Shown here one piece after another: positions 1 to 12,130 of a stretch of DNA of 64,000 bases. The notes beneath the pieces were generated by a model that was not told the DNA's origin, did no database searches, and saw only the letters and a program-made list of their open reading frames with translations. The position numbers and the translations under genes were made by a program. Position 1 is the first letter of the stretch; each line of letters starts with the position of its first letter. This DNA is from Podarcis tiliguerta (lineage: Eukaryota), in assembly GCA_965153285.1 (NCBI GenBank), contig OZ229120.1; one strand, given 5' to 3'.

Positions 1-3000
1 ACATTACAGTAGTCCAGGCAGGAAGTTACTAGAGCACAGGCAACTGTTGTTGAAGAAACAACTGAAGCTGGGAATAAGTACTTCTAGCCACTTGAAACCA
101 CAGTCACAAACTGGAATCCATAAATACTCCCAGACAACCAACCTGTTGCTTCAACAGGAGTGTGAACCTTCCCAGACCAGGTTGTGCACCCAATTCCCAA
201 ACAGAGGGACAACCCACCCACAGCACTTCCACCTTTTAAGGATTCAGCCTTAGTTTATTAGCCCATTAGGGTAGCTCTATTATCAAGAAATTGGCCTCAC
301 TGTTTCTGGTAAGCATGCATAGGATGACAACCTTACAATAGTAAGAATGGCGGAATTATGTTTAAGATGATGAACTAAGAAAGGAAATGCCTAATTAACT
401 GTATTTTCAAAACAATATAAAGTAATAACTGATATCCAGTATGAACAGTAAAAAACAAATATATGTATGAACCTACAAATGCACTAATATTGTCTTATCT
501 AAAAATTGCCATGGAAATAGTTGTCACTTGTTTGACAAATTATTCAAGTACTCTCCTAATGGAGACATTTTGAAAAGGTACATGAGAGCTAGAAAATGCT
601 AGGGAGGTATTCTGAGAGGTGTTTTGTTTCTATTAGTCCTCAGGATCCCCCCACCCATTTGATGGACGCATTGCCATAAATATAAGTTTAAGACAGATGA
701 TTCATATTTTTCAAGATTTTTACACAATCAATGCTGTACTTTTTCTACTAGCTGCTTCAAGCAGTGCCAAAAAGGTGGGTAAAATGAGCAATTTCATGCC
801 TCTACACAATTACTGGGAGTTAGGAGAAGGAAGTCAGAAAAACAGTTTGTGTAAGAGGCAGCCTCCACTCCACACCAGGGTCAGTCCAAGGGCAAAGAGC
901 AAGATGGCATCACTTCCATCACCACCACCAGTTTGTACTACACAGTAAGCCAAGCCATGGTTTACTGGGACTATGCAAATGTGTGGGCTCACAGTAAGCC
1001 ATAGTTTGGCTTAGCATGTCATGTAAACCAGGCCATTGTCAGGAAGTTATTCACAATTGCAATTTGAACATGTTTGTATCGGTCCCACTCTGGACCAAAA
1101 GAAAATAAATTTGTCCAGTCATCTATGTGACATACCTGTTCTTTGAAATTAGTCATGTCCTTATGAAATTAAAAACGAATATATTTAAATTATGTTTTAT
1201 TGCACTGACCTAAAATAAACTGAGCATAGGATTACTCACATTCTAAACACAAATTCTGCATTTTGCAAAGGAGTAGAAAAAACCTTAAGTAAAGGCCATG
1301 AAGAAAAGCTTGAGCGTATTAATTTAGAATTTCCCATTGATTTTTTTGTACTGAAAACTTCAGGCAAAACAACAAATAAAAGAATCAACACTATTCAGTT
1401 CCACGTATTTTTACTGTGTGTCTACTGGATCGTTAGCAGCCATTCACAAGAGAAAGGGCATACACTTTGAAGTTTGGTCATAAAATGTGGTTAAACATGG
1501 ACTTGCCTTCCAGCTGGGCAGTGTGTTGACCTCATATGGCTACAGAGTAATACTTTCAACCTTTAATTTCTGCAATTTTATTTATGATCTTTAAATGATC
1601 AAACATCATGTACAGCAGCATTCTACCCTGGGAAAACCTTGTGGCACTTTTCAAAATCTTAGCGTGAAAATAGTTTGGGGGGAAATATAAAAAAGGAAGC
1701 AGCCTGGGACATGAAGTCAACATTTCTTCCATCTAACTAGTGAATTGGTTTCCTGATGATATTAGTAGTTGTATACAGAAATGCATCCTCCAGTATTACA
1801 TAATAATCATGTGCTTCCAAATACCAGCTGCCTAGGGAGCTCTGCATGATCCAGCACCCTGCTGCCATTCCTTAGCTTCTCCTGCTCCATGCAAGCTGTG
1901 CTGGAGGGGAAGGTTTGCTTGTTTAAGCCATAAAACTGGTTTATGCATCAGGATGTGTACACAAAAATTCTGTGGTTCTTTAACATCTGTTAAAGTCCTA
2001 TCCTTTTATTTGACACTGGTAATATCAACCACACTCATATGTTATTGTCATCTGTTTCAAAACTGAAAAAGCCAGCTTGTATTTCTTTGTCTTACCTTTT
2101 TATATTTCAGCCTATGATCTGCTTCATAATACTGTAATCTTAAAGTCAATAAACTATGATTTATTGACTGAAGAAGAAGCTGTGTGGCTACATATACTCT
2201 CCTAGCTTCAGTGCTTCTATCCTGGCTTACTAAACCACTGTTTCCCATGACGTCTGAAACAGGAATCACTGAACGTCAATCAAACAGGAATCAAACAGGA
2301 CGTCTGAATCAGGTTTAATAGCTGCTTACAAACCAGGAGATTATCAATTATAAAGCAGTGATGAAGTCAGTTTAGCAGTTTGGATGTCACAGTAAACTAA
2401 GGTTTAATAAGGATTGAAGGGTGCAAGCAAGTGCATGTGTAAGAGAGGTACATGGAAGGAGCTTGCACTTGGGCCATCAACCATGAGAACGAAATTGTCC
2501 TTGTGGGTGCAACATGAATGATACAAATTTATATTTTGAATTGATTACCTACAATCTATGATATATCTGAATCATTATGGATCCTATCAAAATAATGTGA
2601 AATTTTAACGCTGTTTTCCCTTTCTAACAATGGCCCTTGCAAATGTCAAATTAATTATTTGTACAAACATGTCATGAATCCAATTACTTTCTCAATATAC
2701 AGTCACTGTTTAGCTCATCTTAATTAACTTCAGTTTGCTAATTAAATGTGAGAAGGGGAATTTCACCATAATTGGCAAAAGACCATATGGAACATGAGTG
2801 ACCAGCTCCTATGGGGACGGGGGAGAGACACAACAAAGGTTTGATTAAATCTACACAGAGCATGCCTCACATGGCAACAGAGGGATCATCATAGAACCCA
2901 CATGGAGATCTTTCCCCTTCTTCCAGCCCCTCAGTGCATGCAGCTGGGCATGCATCCAGCCAACTGGCTATTAACATGAATGCTCACTTCCTTGGCCAAG

Positions 3001-3144
3001 TGCAGGGGCCAAGCTAGTTAGCAATATGGCTTGCCTGAATAGGCTGGTCATTCCCAATAACACTAGGATGCAGTGCCTGTCCATATAGTTATCTGAACAC
3101 ATTGTGGGTGAGGGATGGGAGGAGGCTCCCATTATGCCGTATGT

Positions 3145-3283
3145 CAGGGGTGATGAACCTGTAGCCCTCCAGTTGTTGGAGGACTACAACTCCCATCAAG
3201 AGCATTGACCATGCTGGCTAGGGCAGATGGGACATGGGATTCCAACAAGATCGGGGGGGGGGGGCACAGGTTCTCCACCCTTG
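3145..3283. mobile_element. Degenerate hairpin hAT-like MITE
   Basis: CAGGGGTGATGAACCTGT ... ACAGGTTCTCCACCCTTG ends, GGACTACAACTCCCATC core; TSD not recognisable. Confidence 0.65.
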
Positions 3284-4484
3284 TCCTGTGATGGCCCATC
3301 TCAGCATGGCTGCTACACTTGCAGTGGACTGAACTAAAGCCTTTAATCTTTATGGATGAAAGAGTGTTTCTCACTATAACATCCTCAAATCTGCCCCAAT
3401 TGGTTTAATAATTCTGTCAAGTTTAAAAATTCTTAACATAAATGATTCTATTATGTTATAGTGAAATAAAGCAAATATTTTACTGTATGCTAAATGTTAA
3501 CCAGCAGCATAACTGCACCTGCACAGAGTGCACTGATACATCTGGTAAGAATTTATAGCATTTTCATTATATTACCATTTCGGAAGTAATTTTCTAAATG
3601 TACAATAACAGTAAATAAATGCACTCAAACGGGAATCTCACACTGGGAAATATGCCACAGCCATAACATTTTACATCAGGAACAAGAACTGAAAGTCAAG
3701 TAAGCTGTAAAACTAGGAAACCTATAATTGCTATGATTTTAAAGGATAGGACGTGCTCAAATTCCAATTACTGTTTAATGGTAAACAGAATTCTTTTCAG
3801 AGTATAAAGATAAACCAACCTTTTATGTCTTTGAATCCCTGAAAAGTAATCTTGCAATGCAAGCTTCCACCAAACACTACCATTAAAAGCATATAAAGAC
3901 CAACATATTTTGACCTAGGAAACTGGATTCATGACTAAGCTAAAGAGTGTGACACTCAAATACATTCTTTCAGCACATCCAATGATCTCCCTTTCTGTCT
4001 TGGATTAAATGCAGTTGGGACTATGGGGTTATGGCCACACTCCCCAAAGGCACACCCTATGTGCTTATCTCCAGTTAATTTTCTTCATTTATATCCCACC
4101 TGCCTTCCCATAATATAATTCAATGTGGCATCCACAGGGTGAACAGGTGGCCTCCTATCCATGTATTGCTGGACCTAGACCAGCTGAACTTTTGCTGGGT
4201 GACAGCTTCATGTTCTTCTACACCATGCCCTGGGAATGAACAGCTTTATGATGGTGATGGTGGTTTAATATTGCTCCATTATTATTCCTGTCATTTCTTA
4301 TTCCACTTTGCTCCCTCAGCTTCCTTTAGTATCTGGTTCTTTCCTCTCATTCATCTGCTTCTTTTTCCATCAGGATTTTCTTTTCTCCCTGAATTACCAA
4401 TTCTTTGCAAACCTAAATGGTCACTTCCTGCAGCCACCATCTCCCCTGGACTTAAAATTGTGGGACTTCCGCCATCATAATAAT

Positions 4485-4925
4485 CATTATTATTATATTT
4501 GTACCCCACCCATCTGACTGGGTTGCCCCAGCCACTCTAGGCGGCTTCCAACATATATAAAAACATAATAAAATATTAATTATTTAAAAAAACTTTCCTA
4601 TACAGGGCTGTCTTCAGATGTCTTCTAAAAGTTGTATACTTATCTCTTTGACATCTGATGGGAGGGCGTTCCACAAGGTGGGCGCCACTACCCAGAAGGC
4701 CCTCTGCCTGGTTCCCTGTAACTCCACTTCTTGCAGTGCAGGATAGATCTCAGTGTCCAGGCTGAACAATGGGGGTGGAGACATTCCTTCAGGTATACAG
4801 GGCAGAGGTCCTTTAGGGCTTTAAAGGTCAGCAACAACACTTTGAATTGTGTTTGGAATCGTACTGAGATTCAATGTAGGTCTTTCAGGGCCAGTGTTAT
4901 ATAGTCCTGGTGGTCGCTCCCAGCT
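4485..4925 (-). mobile_element. L2-clade LINE 3' fragment
   Basis: Reverse complement of the 54931-55404 element (GGGAGGGCGTTCCAC, GGCTTTAAAGGTCAGCA, CCCCAGCCACTCT); short (TAA)n tail. Confidence 0.85.
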
Positions 4926-5120
4926 ATTACTATTTACTATTGGCTGGGTGCCTGTGCTTTTTAATAGCAGAAATCAACAGGGTTTGTTTTTTTAAGCTAT
5001 TGCTGTATCTCCACACTTGAAAAAGCTTCATTTCTTGAATTCTGAGTACAAATAGTGCCTCTATGAAGCATAAATCTGGCCCACTCCCAAGGTTGTTGGG
5101 CGTGTTGGGGACTACTGTGT

Positions 5121-5592
5121 AAGAACATAGGAAGAGCCTGCTGGATCAGGCCAATGGCTCATCTAGTTCAGCATCCTGTTCTCACAGACCAACGAGATGC
5201 CTGTGGGAAACCTGCAAGCAGGATTCAAGCACCAGAGCCCTCTCCCCACTGTAATTTCCAGCAACTGGTATCTAGAAAATGGAGGCAAAACATAGACATC
5301 ATAGCTAGTAGCCACTGATAGCTTTACCCTCCATGTACAGTGGTACCTTGGGTTAAGAACTTAATTCATTCTGGAGGTCTGTTCTTAACCTGAAACTGTT
5401 CTTAACCTGAAGTACCACTTTAGCTAATGGGGTCTCCCGCTGCTGCCGCCGCGCCGCCGCCACATGATTTCTGTTCTCATCCTGAACCAAAGTTCTTAAC
5501 CTGAGGTACTATTTCTAGGTTAGTGGAGTTTGTAACCTGAAGCATCTGTAACCCGAGGTACCACTGTATTTCAAATCCTCTTATAAAACCAT
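5121..5592 (-). mobile_element. CR1-type 3'-end element interrupted by a MITE
   Basis: AAGAACATAGGAAGAGCCTGCTGGATCAGGCCAATGG..CATCTAGT is a typical inverted CR1/LF-type terminus; the sequence resumes after the MITE. Confidence 0.6.
5338..5566. mobile_element. Tc1/mariner-superfamily (pogo/Tigger-like) MITE, copy 1, nested in a CR1-type 3' fragment
   Basis: TIR CAGTGGTACCT...AGGTACCACTG, TA on both sides, internal repeated TAACCTGA motifs; four other copies in the window. Confidence 0.9.
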
Positions 5593-8500
5593 GCAACTTG
5601 CATGAACTTGCTCATGTTGACAGATGCATACATGTATCTGCTGCCTACATATTTCTCTACAATGGCCCAGAACAATGCAATATTCCAGGTAAATAAGATA
5701 CTGGCTGTCAGGACAAAGACAACAGGTGAAGAAGATCCACTGCTGCTGGAGAAAGCCAATCCCATCCTTAAATTGCATGAATGTAATGAAAGTCCAAACC
5801 CATTCATACCAGTTGACTACAAAACGCACTGTTTCTGAAATGAATGGAAAATAAACTGAACGATTCCCCTTTCATTCAAGTTTTCATCCATTCCAAAACA
5901 AATGCCCACTACTAATTGTCAGTGGCTGAACAAGAATAGGAGCCATGTTTTTCATCACCACCTAAATTTACTTCAGACTCAGTATTATCCTAGCCTTAGG
6001 AATTTCACCAGCTTGGTTGCACCTCATCACAAAGATCTTCGAATTAACAACCTCGACAAAGCTCAAATTATCCAGATTCAGTAGAGCCTCCTTCTTCTTT
6101 CTCAAGTCCACAGCTTCATCAGCTACTCTCTTGTTTGCTTCCTAACTTTCCCCCTCTTCCTCCTCCATTTTCTTTTTTCAATAAGGTATGATGTCAACAT
6201 ACTGCTGCTGGTTATACACCACATCTCAGCATGCACCCAGCCACACCTGATTAGACTCTCCTTTAGTTTGCTTGTTTGTTTTGTTTGTTTTCTTTGTTTT
6301 CTATCACTTTCCTCCCCTCCCCTTCTTTGTTCAATACCCCGAAAGAGTGTGTGTGAGAGAGAACACTATTGGATGCCTATTAAGACAACAAATAAATAAT
6401 ATGGAAACACCATTTGAACTAGGAGCGCCACATTATAGAATTTATCTCAGAGGAGAAATCTTGCAAGTTACACCCTCATTAACGTCACTAACAGTTTTTC
6501 CTGATATACACCGCAGCATGTTTTTTTTTTTCCTTACATGTTCTTGGTTTTCTTATCTATTGCATTAAAATATTCATTAAAAAACCCCGAAAGGAACAAA
6601 TTTTGGGAAGATTTCCAAAAATGTTACACTTAGCAAAATTGTTTTAGAATTGTTTGCCTATCTTTCACATTGTTTCCCCCCCATTTACTGGCAAAATTTC
6701 TCACAGTACTCCACCCTGACCATATCCTTCCTGTTCAGGGTCAAATAAAAATAGCCTTGAAGTCAGATAAAACTTCAGGGCATATATATGAAAATGCTAG
6801 GTGACCACACTTGTAGTTCAGGCACATGGACTAAAAGGAAAACAATTATTTCCAGTACCACTCAGAATATGGAAACACCACAAAAAATTTAGTGCAATCC
6901 TAACCATGTCTACTCAGAAGTATGTCAATCAGGGTTACATTCAAGTTACCGTAGTAGAGTTAGGACTACAGCATAAATCTGTGTGTGCATGATATTACAG
7001 TCTGTACCTGCAATTTCCCATCCCTACTTGCCTCTAACCTGCACTTCGGTTTTTACCAAAATTGTTTGTAAATGACTATTGTTGTTTTGGTAAACTTGTG
7101 CAGTATGAAAGGAATACTCCTTTACTCACACTAGACTTTTAAACAGTGAAAAGAGAGATTTAGAGCACCATCAACCAGATCTCATGTGTGAGTGGCTTAT
7201 TAATTCAACTGAACCCATACAGGTGACCTTCTCAGTTAATTGCGCCCTTGTATCCTTCCCTTGACTTTAAAATCTCCATTGTGTATCCCCTAGGAAAATG
7301 ATTTTTTTTACATTCATTTAGGTGCCATAATCCAGTGAGAATATCTCAGGGAGTTCTCTTAGGAAGGGGACCAACCACAGTTCTGAAAACATGCCCTAAG
7401 TACAGAAGGTCCAAGTCTCAATCTACACTATAGTATCTCCAGATAAAGAGAGTAGCTACAACAATATTAATCAGCCAAAGGCCTGGTTGAAGAAGAATGG
7501 CATCTAAAAATATATAATGAAGGTGCCATGTGAACTTCTCTGGGGAGAGCATGCCACAAATGGGGAGCCAATACAGATGAGGGGGGGCCCTGGACCTCCT
7601 GTGAAGGAGGCACATGAAAAAGGACCAATGTTGATGAACGCAGAGTCCGGAATGGTTTATATAGGGAGAAGAAATCCTTCAGGTTCTTACAGTGTAAATG
7701 GTATTTATTATTCATGTTCTTTGTTTTTCCTCCCATCTATCTTCTAAGGAACTTAGGGTAGCAATAATTATTTTCCCTCCTTGCCCCTTTATCCTCAAAA
7801 ACTGTGATGTAGAAGAAGCTAGGAAAGAGAGCGACTACCTAGCATGCTTTATAGATGCATAAGGATCTGAATCCAGCTCTCCCCTGAGACAACATGTCAA
7901 CCACTGCAACAAATTGGCATTATTCTGCCTGGTAAATTCTAGCCTACGCATCTCCTACTTAGTTTTCTGCAAAAAATAAACTAATTAGGAGTTGCTTATT
8001 ATGAAAGAGAGAGCAACATTTGAGTGACTGGAATGATCTTATAGCTCAACTGTAATAAAGTTACATGAATTAGCTTGCAAATGAGCTGTGTCCATTGCCA
8101 AGTGGTCTAGCAATCTCAGCTCAGCAATTTACTTTAATTGCCCATAACACTGTTTAGAAAACCACAAGGAAGGTTACACTTACCAAAACACAGGAAAAAA
8201 GGGAAAGCTAAGATTTCAAAGAACGAAGGAAGTTTGTGGGGATGATTAAATGCCTTCATGCAAACCCATTAGAGATGGTTCTGTTTTGTTTTTACAATCT
8301 AGCTGCATATAAATTTTGTTAATTAAACAAAAATGAATGTAGTCTGCATCATACTGATCAAACCTAAACATTCTAGGATAAAGTTAACAGTATGTGCAAT
8401 CAATGAATGCACAGGACTATGATAATCAAATGATAGATATGTAGTGAAATTTAGTCCAAGAAAGTGAGGCACAAACTCAACATCTCCTAACATCATGTAC

Positions 8501-8822
8501 GAAATTGGGCTTTTCCTGAGATGTGGCTTCTCCACCTGTTTCTTAGATGTCATGATCTTACTGTTAATTGTATTCTGCCTTTCCCCTCAAGGTGGACAGA
8601 AAGAAGTATACATATATTCCAAGATAAATAAAACCTGGTACCAGTTTTGTGACTGTATAAAGAAAGGTTTTTCAAAGTCTTCTTTGGTCAAAAGGCAGAA
8701 CATCCAAAAGTGAAGAGATCACAGAATTACAGAGCTGGGGATAACACTACACATTAAGACTCTTTTCCATTCCCTCCCCATCTTTCTTATACAGTATAAA
8801 TATTTCTTATATCAGACAAACT

Positions 8823-8843
8823 GGGGTGGGTGGGTGGGTGGGT
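8823..8843 (+). repeat. (GGGT)5 tract, potential G-quadruplex
   Basis: GGGGTGGGTGGGTGGGTGGGT: five G-runs with 1-nt loops. Confidence 0.8.
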
Positions 8844-10330
8844 AGATGTTGTTTTAGTCCTTTCCCCTCCCCAGCTGTTTCACTGTTCAAAAGTGCCCCT
8901 TCTTAACCTACTTTTCTTCCCAAACTATATGAGGGTCTGTATAGTTTATCCCTCATGAATAATGCACATGGGGGGGGATTTTTAGTAGATGAAATTCTAG
9001 AAAGGAAATATCTCCTCTTCCCCACCACCCTCTGCTCAACCTGAAGCCTCCTCTAGTGCCTGATTATCTGCATAGAGTCCTGTTCTGCATGGCTGGGCTA
9101 CCCATGAAGCAGCCCACCTCACAAGGCCAAATCCTGCAGGGCGGTGCCCTGCAAGGGTTGTGTGGCTACAGTGATTGCTCACCGAGAGATTTTGCGTCCC
9201 CAGTAAGCAAGGTTTGGGCAGGGTGGTGTTGGCACCTCAGGTGGTTTTGCCTCAGGCAGTGAAATGGTATAGGTCACCTCTGCTGCTCTGAAAGGAGATC
9301 AGTCGTTGCAGTTCAGACTACAAATTGCCACCAAGCAAGACAGCAGGTGCACGGTGGAAGGTTTACAGAGCAACAGTGATCAGATATGCATGCAACTGAA
9401 TGTCTTTCCTTACAGCATTACAATTTCCTGAACGCCAACAAACTGAAATTGTTTTGCATTAGAGCTTTTAAAAAACCCCAGAGATTTGTTTACTTAACAA
9501 CTAATTAATTTATTTACCTGTTGCCTTTCAGCAAAGCTTCAAGGACAAAGGCAATTGTTTTACAGGACAAAAGACGGTTAATAAGGCCCACACTGTTTCC
9601 TTTCCATTTTAATTCTGCTATTGGTCCTTTAAATTATTATAAAAACACACTTATGCCATTACTTGTCCTGGCCTATAGCCAAGGTAGCTGCCACTAAGCT
9701 GCAAAGTAGAGAACACAGCATTAGGGAAAGAACATTTGCTTTAATATGACTAAATGTTGTGCATCCTTCATAGTTTCACTGTTTGGGAGTAATTTTGAGA
9801 TTGCTTATCAAAAAGCTCTCTCAGTTCACCACACCTATTGGGCCACAATGCTGGACACCAGCTTGATAAGCCCCCCTCCTTCCCTCCCCCAGGCCTTCCA
9901 ATTTTCATTTGCAATGTTTGCAGCAGCACGAACATAAAAACCATTAGGTCTATGAAGAACAAGCTCCTACAGCTAAAAAGGGATAAAGGGCAAAAGGCCC
10001 CCCCCCCTCTTCCAGGGATGAAAGGATCTGCTACATCGTGCTTCCAATTTTTTCCAGTCATAAATTCAGTTCCGAATGTTTTTGCAGTAACTTGCTTTTT
10101 TTTTTTTAATCCTCATGAAAATTCTTCAACATTTTAGTGCGAATTTCTCCTAATTTTGTTCTGCAGTTGTGAGTAATGTACATATTCTTGCAATCAAACT
10201 TTACTAATATAATGTATTTTAATGTCATTTTCAAAAACGTATTCATTTTATACAAAAACAAAAACAAACCCAGAAGAATAGTTTCAGTTAAAAAGCAACA
10301 CGCCTCTAATGAATTGACTTAATCTGAGTC

Positions 10331-10803
10331 TAGGAATCTGTGGCCCTTCAAGTGTTGTTGGACTCCAACTCCCATCAACCACAGCCAACATAGGCAATAG
10401 CCAGGGATCAACAGAGTTGCATAGCTGTCAACTTACAGATTTGAAAATAAGGGGCCAGCAGCCTCGAAAATAAGGGATCAGCAGCCAAAATAAGGGATCA
10501 ACAATTACTTTCATGAAATGCATATTTTGTTGCATGCATATGGCTTTAGATACCTATAAGGTCCATAAATTAACATATAGCATATATTCAACACAAAAAA
10601 ACAGTGCTTTGTTGACAAAGCACAGCTAGACATAGAAAGGGCCCCATTACCTTCAGCAGCTTATTTAAGGGACATCATCAATAAGGGACAGCAGCAGGAC
10701 ATGGCGCTGGGATAAGGGACTATCCCGCCAAATAAGGGACACTTGACAGCTGTGACAGAGTTGTAGTCCAACAAAATACAGGGAGAAACGGGGTCCCCAT
10801 CCC
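10331..10803. mobile_element. Hairpin hAT-like MITE split by the 10420-10754 insertion
   Basis: Left arm TGTTGTTGGACTCCAACTCCCATCA and right arm GAGTTGTAGTCCAACAA rejoin when the insert is removed; same family as 3145, 44658 and 62549. Confidence 0.65.
10420..10754. mobile_element. Non-autonomous DNA transposon with 9-bp TSD, nested in a hairpin MITE
   Basis: TIR CATAGCTGTCAA / TTGACAGCTGTG; ACAGAGTTG at 10411-10419 and 10755-10763; subterminal ATAAGGG repeats. Confidence 0.85.
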
Positions 10804-11999
10804 TCTCTTTTCTAATTCAGAAACATTAAACAATTTTAGTCCAAGGACTTGATATTCTCGCTATTACAAAAATACATAAAATGTTTATTTTTATCTGGTA
10901 CAATCAATGAACCACAGGCGTTATATTTTTTCTGTTTTTAAATAATGCCTACTGCCTAGAAGCCAATGTAATGATTTGAAATTCACTTGGAGATCCTCTG
11001 TGAAGAAGTGAAACTCAGTGCTAACTCCTTTAGTAACCAACATACAGTGCTGTTTTAAATTTCTTGGTTAATATGACAGACAGCATTGGTTGGCTGTACT
11101 GATTGCTTTCTTATGCTGTCTGCAAATACATCTCTTAAAAAAAAATTACTGCAACCAAAGGAAAAAATATGATTGTGATGTGAGGCTGCAATTACCTGCA
11201 CACCTGCACAAGAGTAATTCCAATTATGCGAGTTGGACTCAGCTTCCAATAAAATTTGTATAGGCCTGCACTGTATGTTTGTGCTTATGAGAACATATCT
11301 AGGAAGTAAGTGGGATGCAAACTGCAGCTCTGATGGTAGTTTCTAACCCTTTCTTTTTCAGTGTATTACAGCTACACATGTTTTCGATCTCAAACACCAT
11401 ATAAAATAAATTCTAAAAGAAGAATAAACTACTAAGAAAGGAAGAAATAAGTATGCAGTTGTGCCCGCCCTCATCTTCACTGCCTGTTTAGGGCATCTGA
11501 TGACAACACTAAAATGCCAATGTTAACTAGTTAGTGTACTAGTAGCTGGTACACACATCTCATGGTGCTTTGTTGACATTCAGTTTCTAGACAGCAACTT
11601 GCGCCGGGGGGAACAAATGTTTGTACATCACAATGCGATTTTGCCTCTCTCATCCTACAGCTTTCAATGATGGAAGCAATAATTTATTTATCTATTTTAA
11701 AAGCCCTACCTTAAACAGTTCAAACTGAGACTGGTAAAAGGGAGGTACACACAAACACAGACACACATTATGCAATTAATCTGATATTCTAACTATTCTA
11801 TAAAGAAGCAAATATGCCTATCTGCTCTACAAAGATATACTTTACTGACGTTTGCTAATTTAGTAAATTGGTTTACTAATTCAAATGGAACTTTACTTAA
11901 TTTCAATAGAAACCACTTATTGCAGAGCCTTGTGGCTAGTAAATTGATTGTGGCATAAGCTTTTGTGGCCTACAGTCAAATGTGTGAATTATTACTTAA

Positions 12000-12130
12000 T
12001 GTTTATTACATTTATATCCCACCTTTCGTCCAAGGACTCAAGGAAGCATACCATGGTTCTCCCCTGTTCATTTTATCCTCACATCAACCCTGTGAGGTAG
12101 GTTAGGATGAAAGGCAGTGACAGGCCCAAT
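12000..12130 (-). mobile_element. MIR/Squam3-like SINE 3' fragment (similar remnants near 7700-7900 and 37300-37405)
   Basis: TTTATATCCCACC...TTTTATCCTCACATCAACCCTGTGAGGTAGGTTAGG CORE-like segment. Confidence 0.6.
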
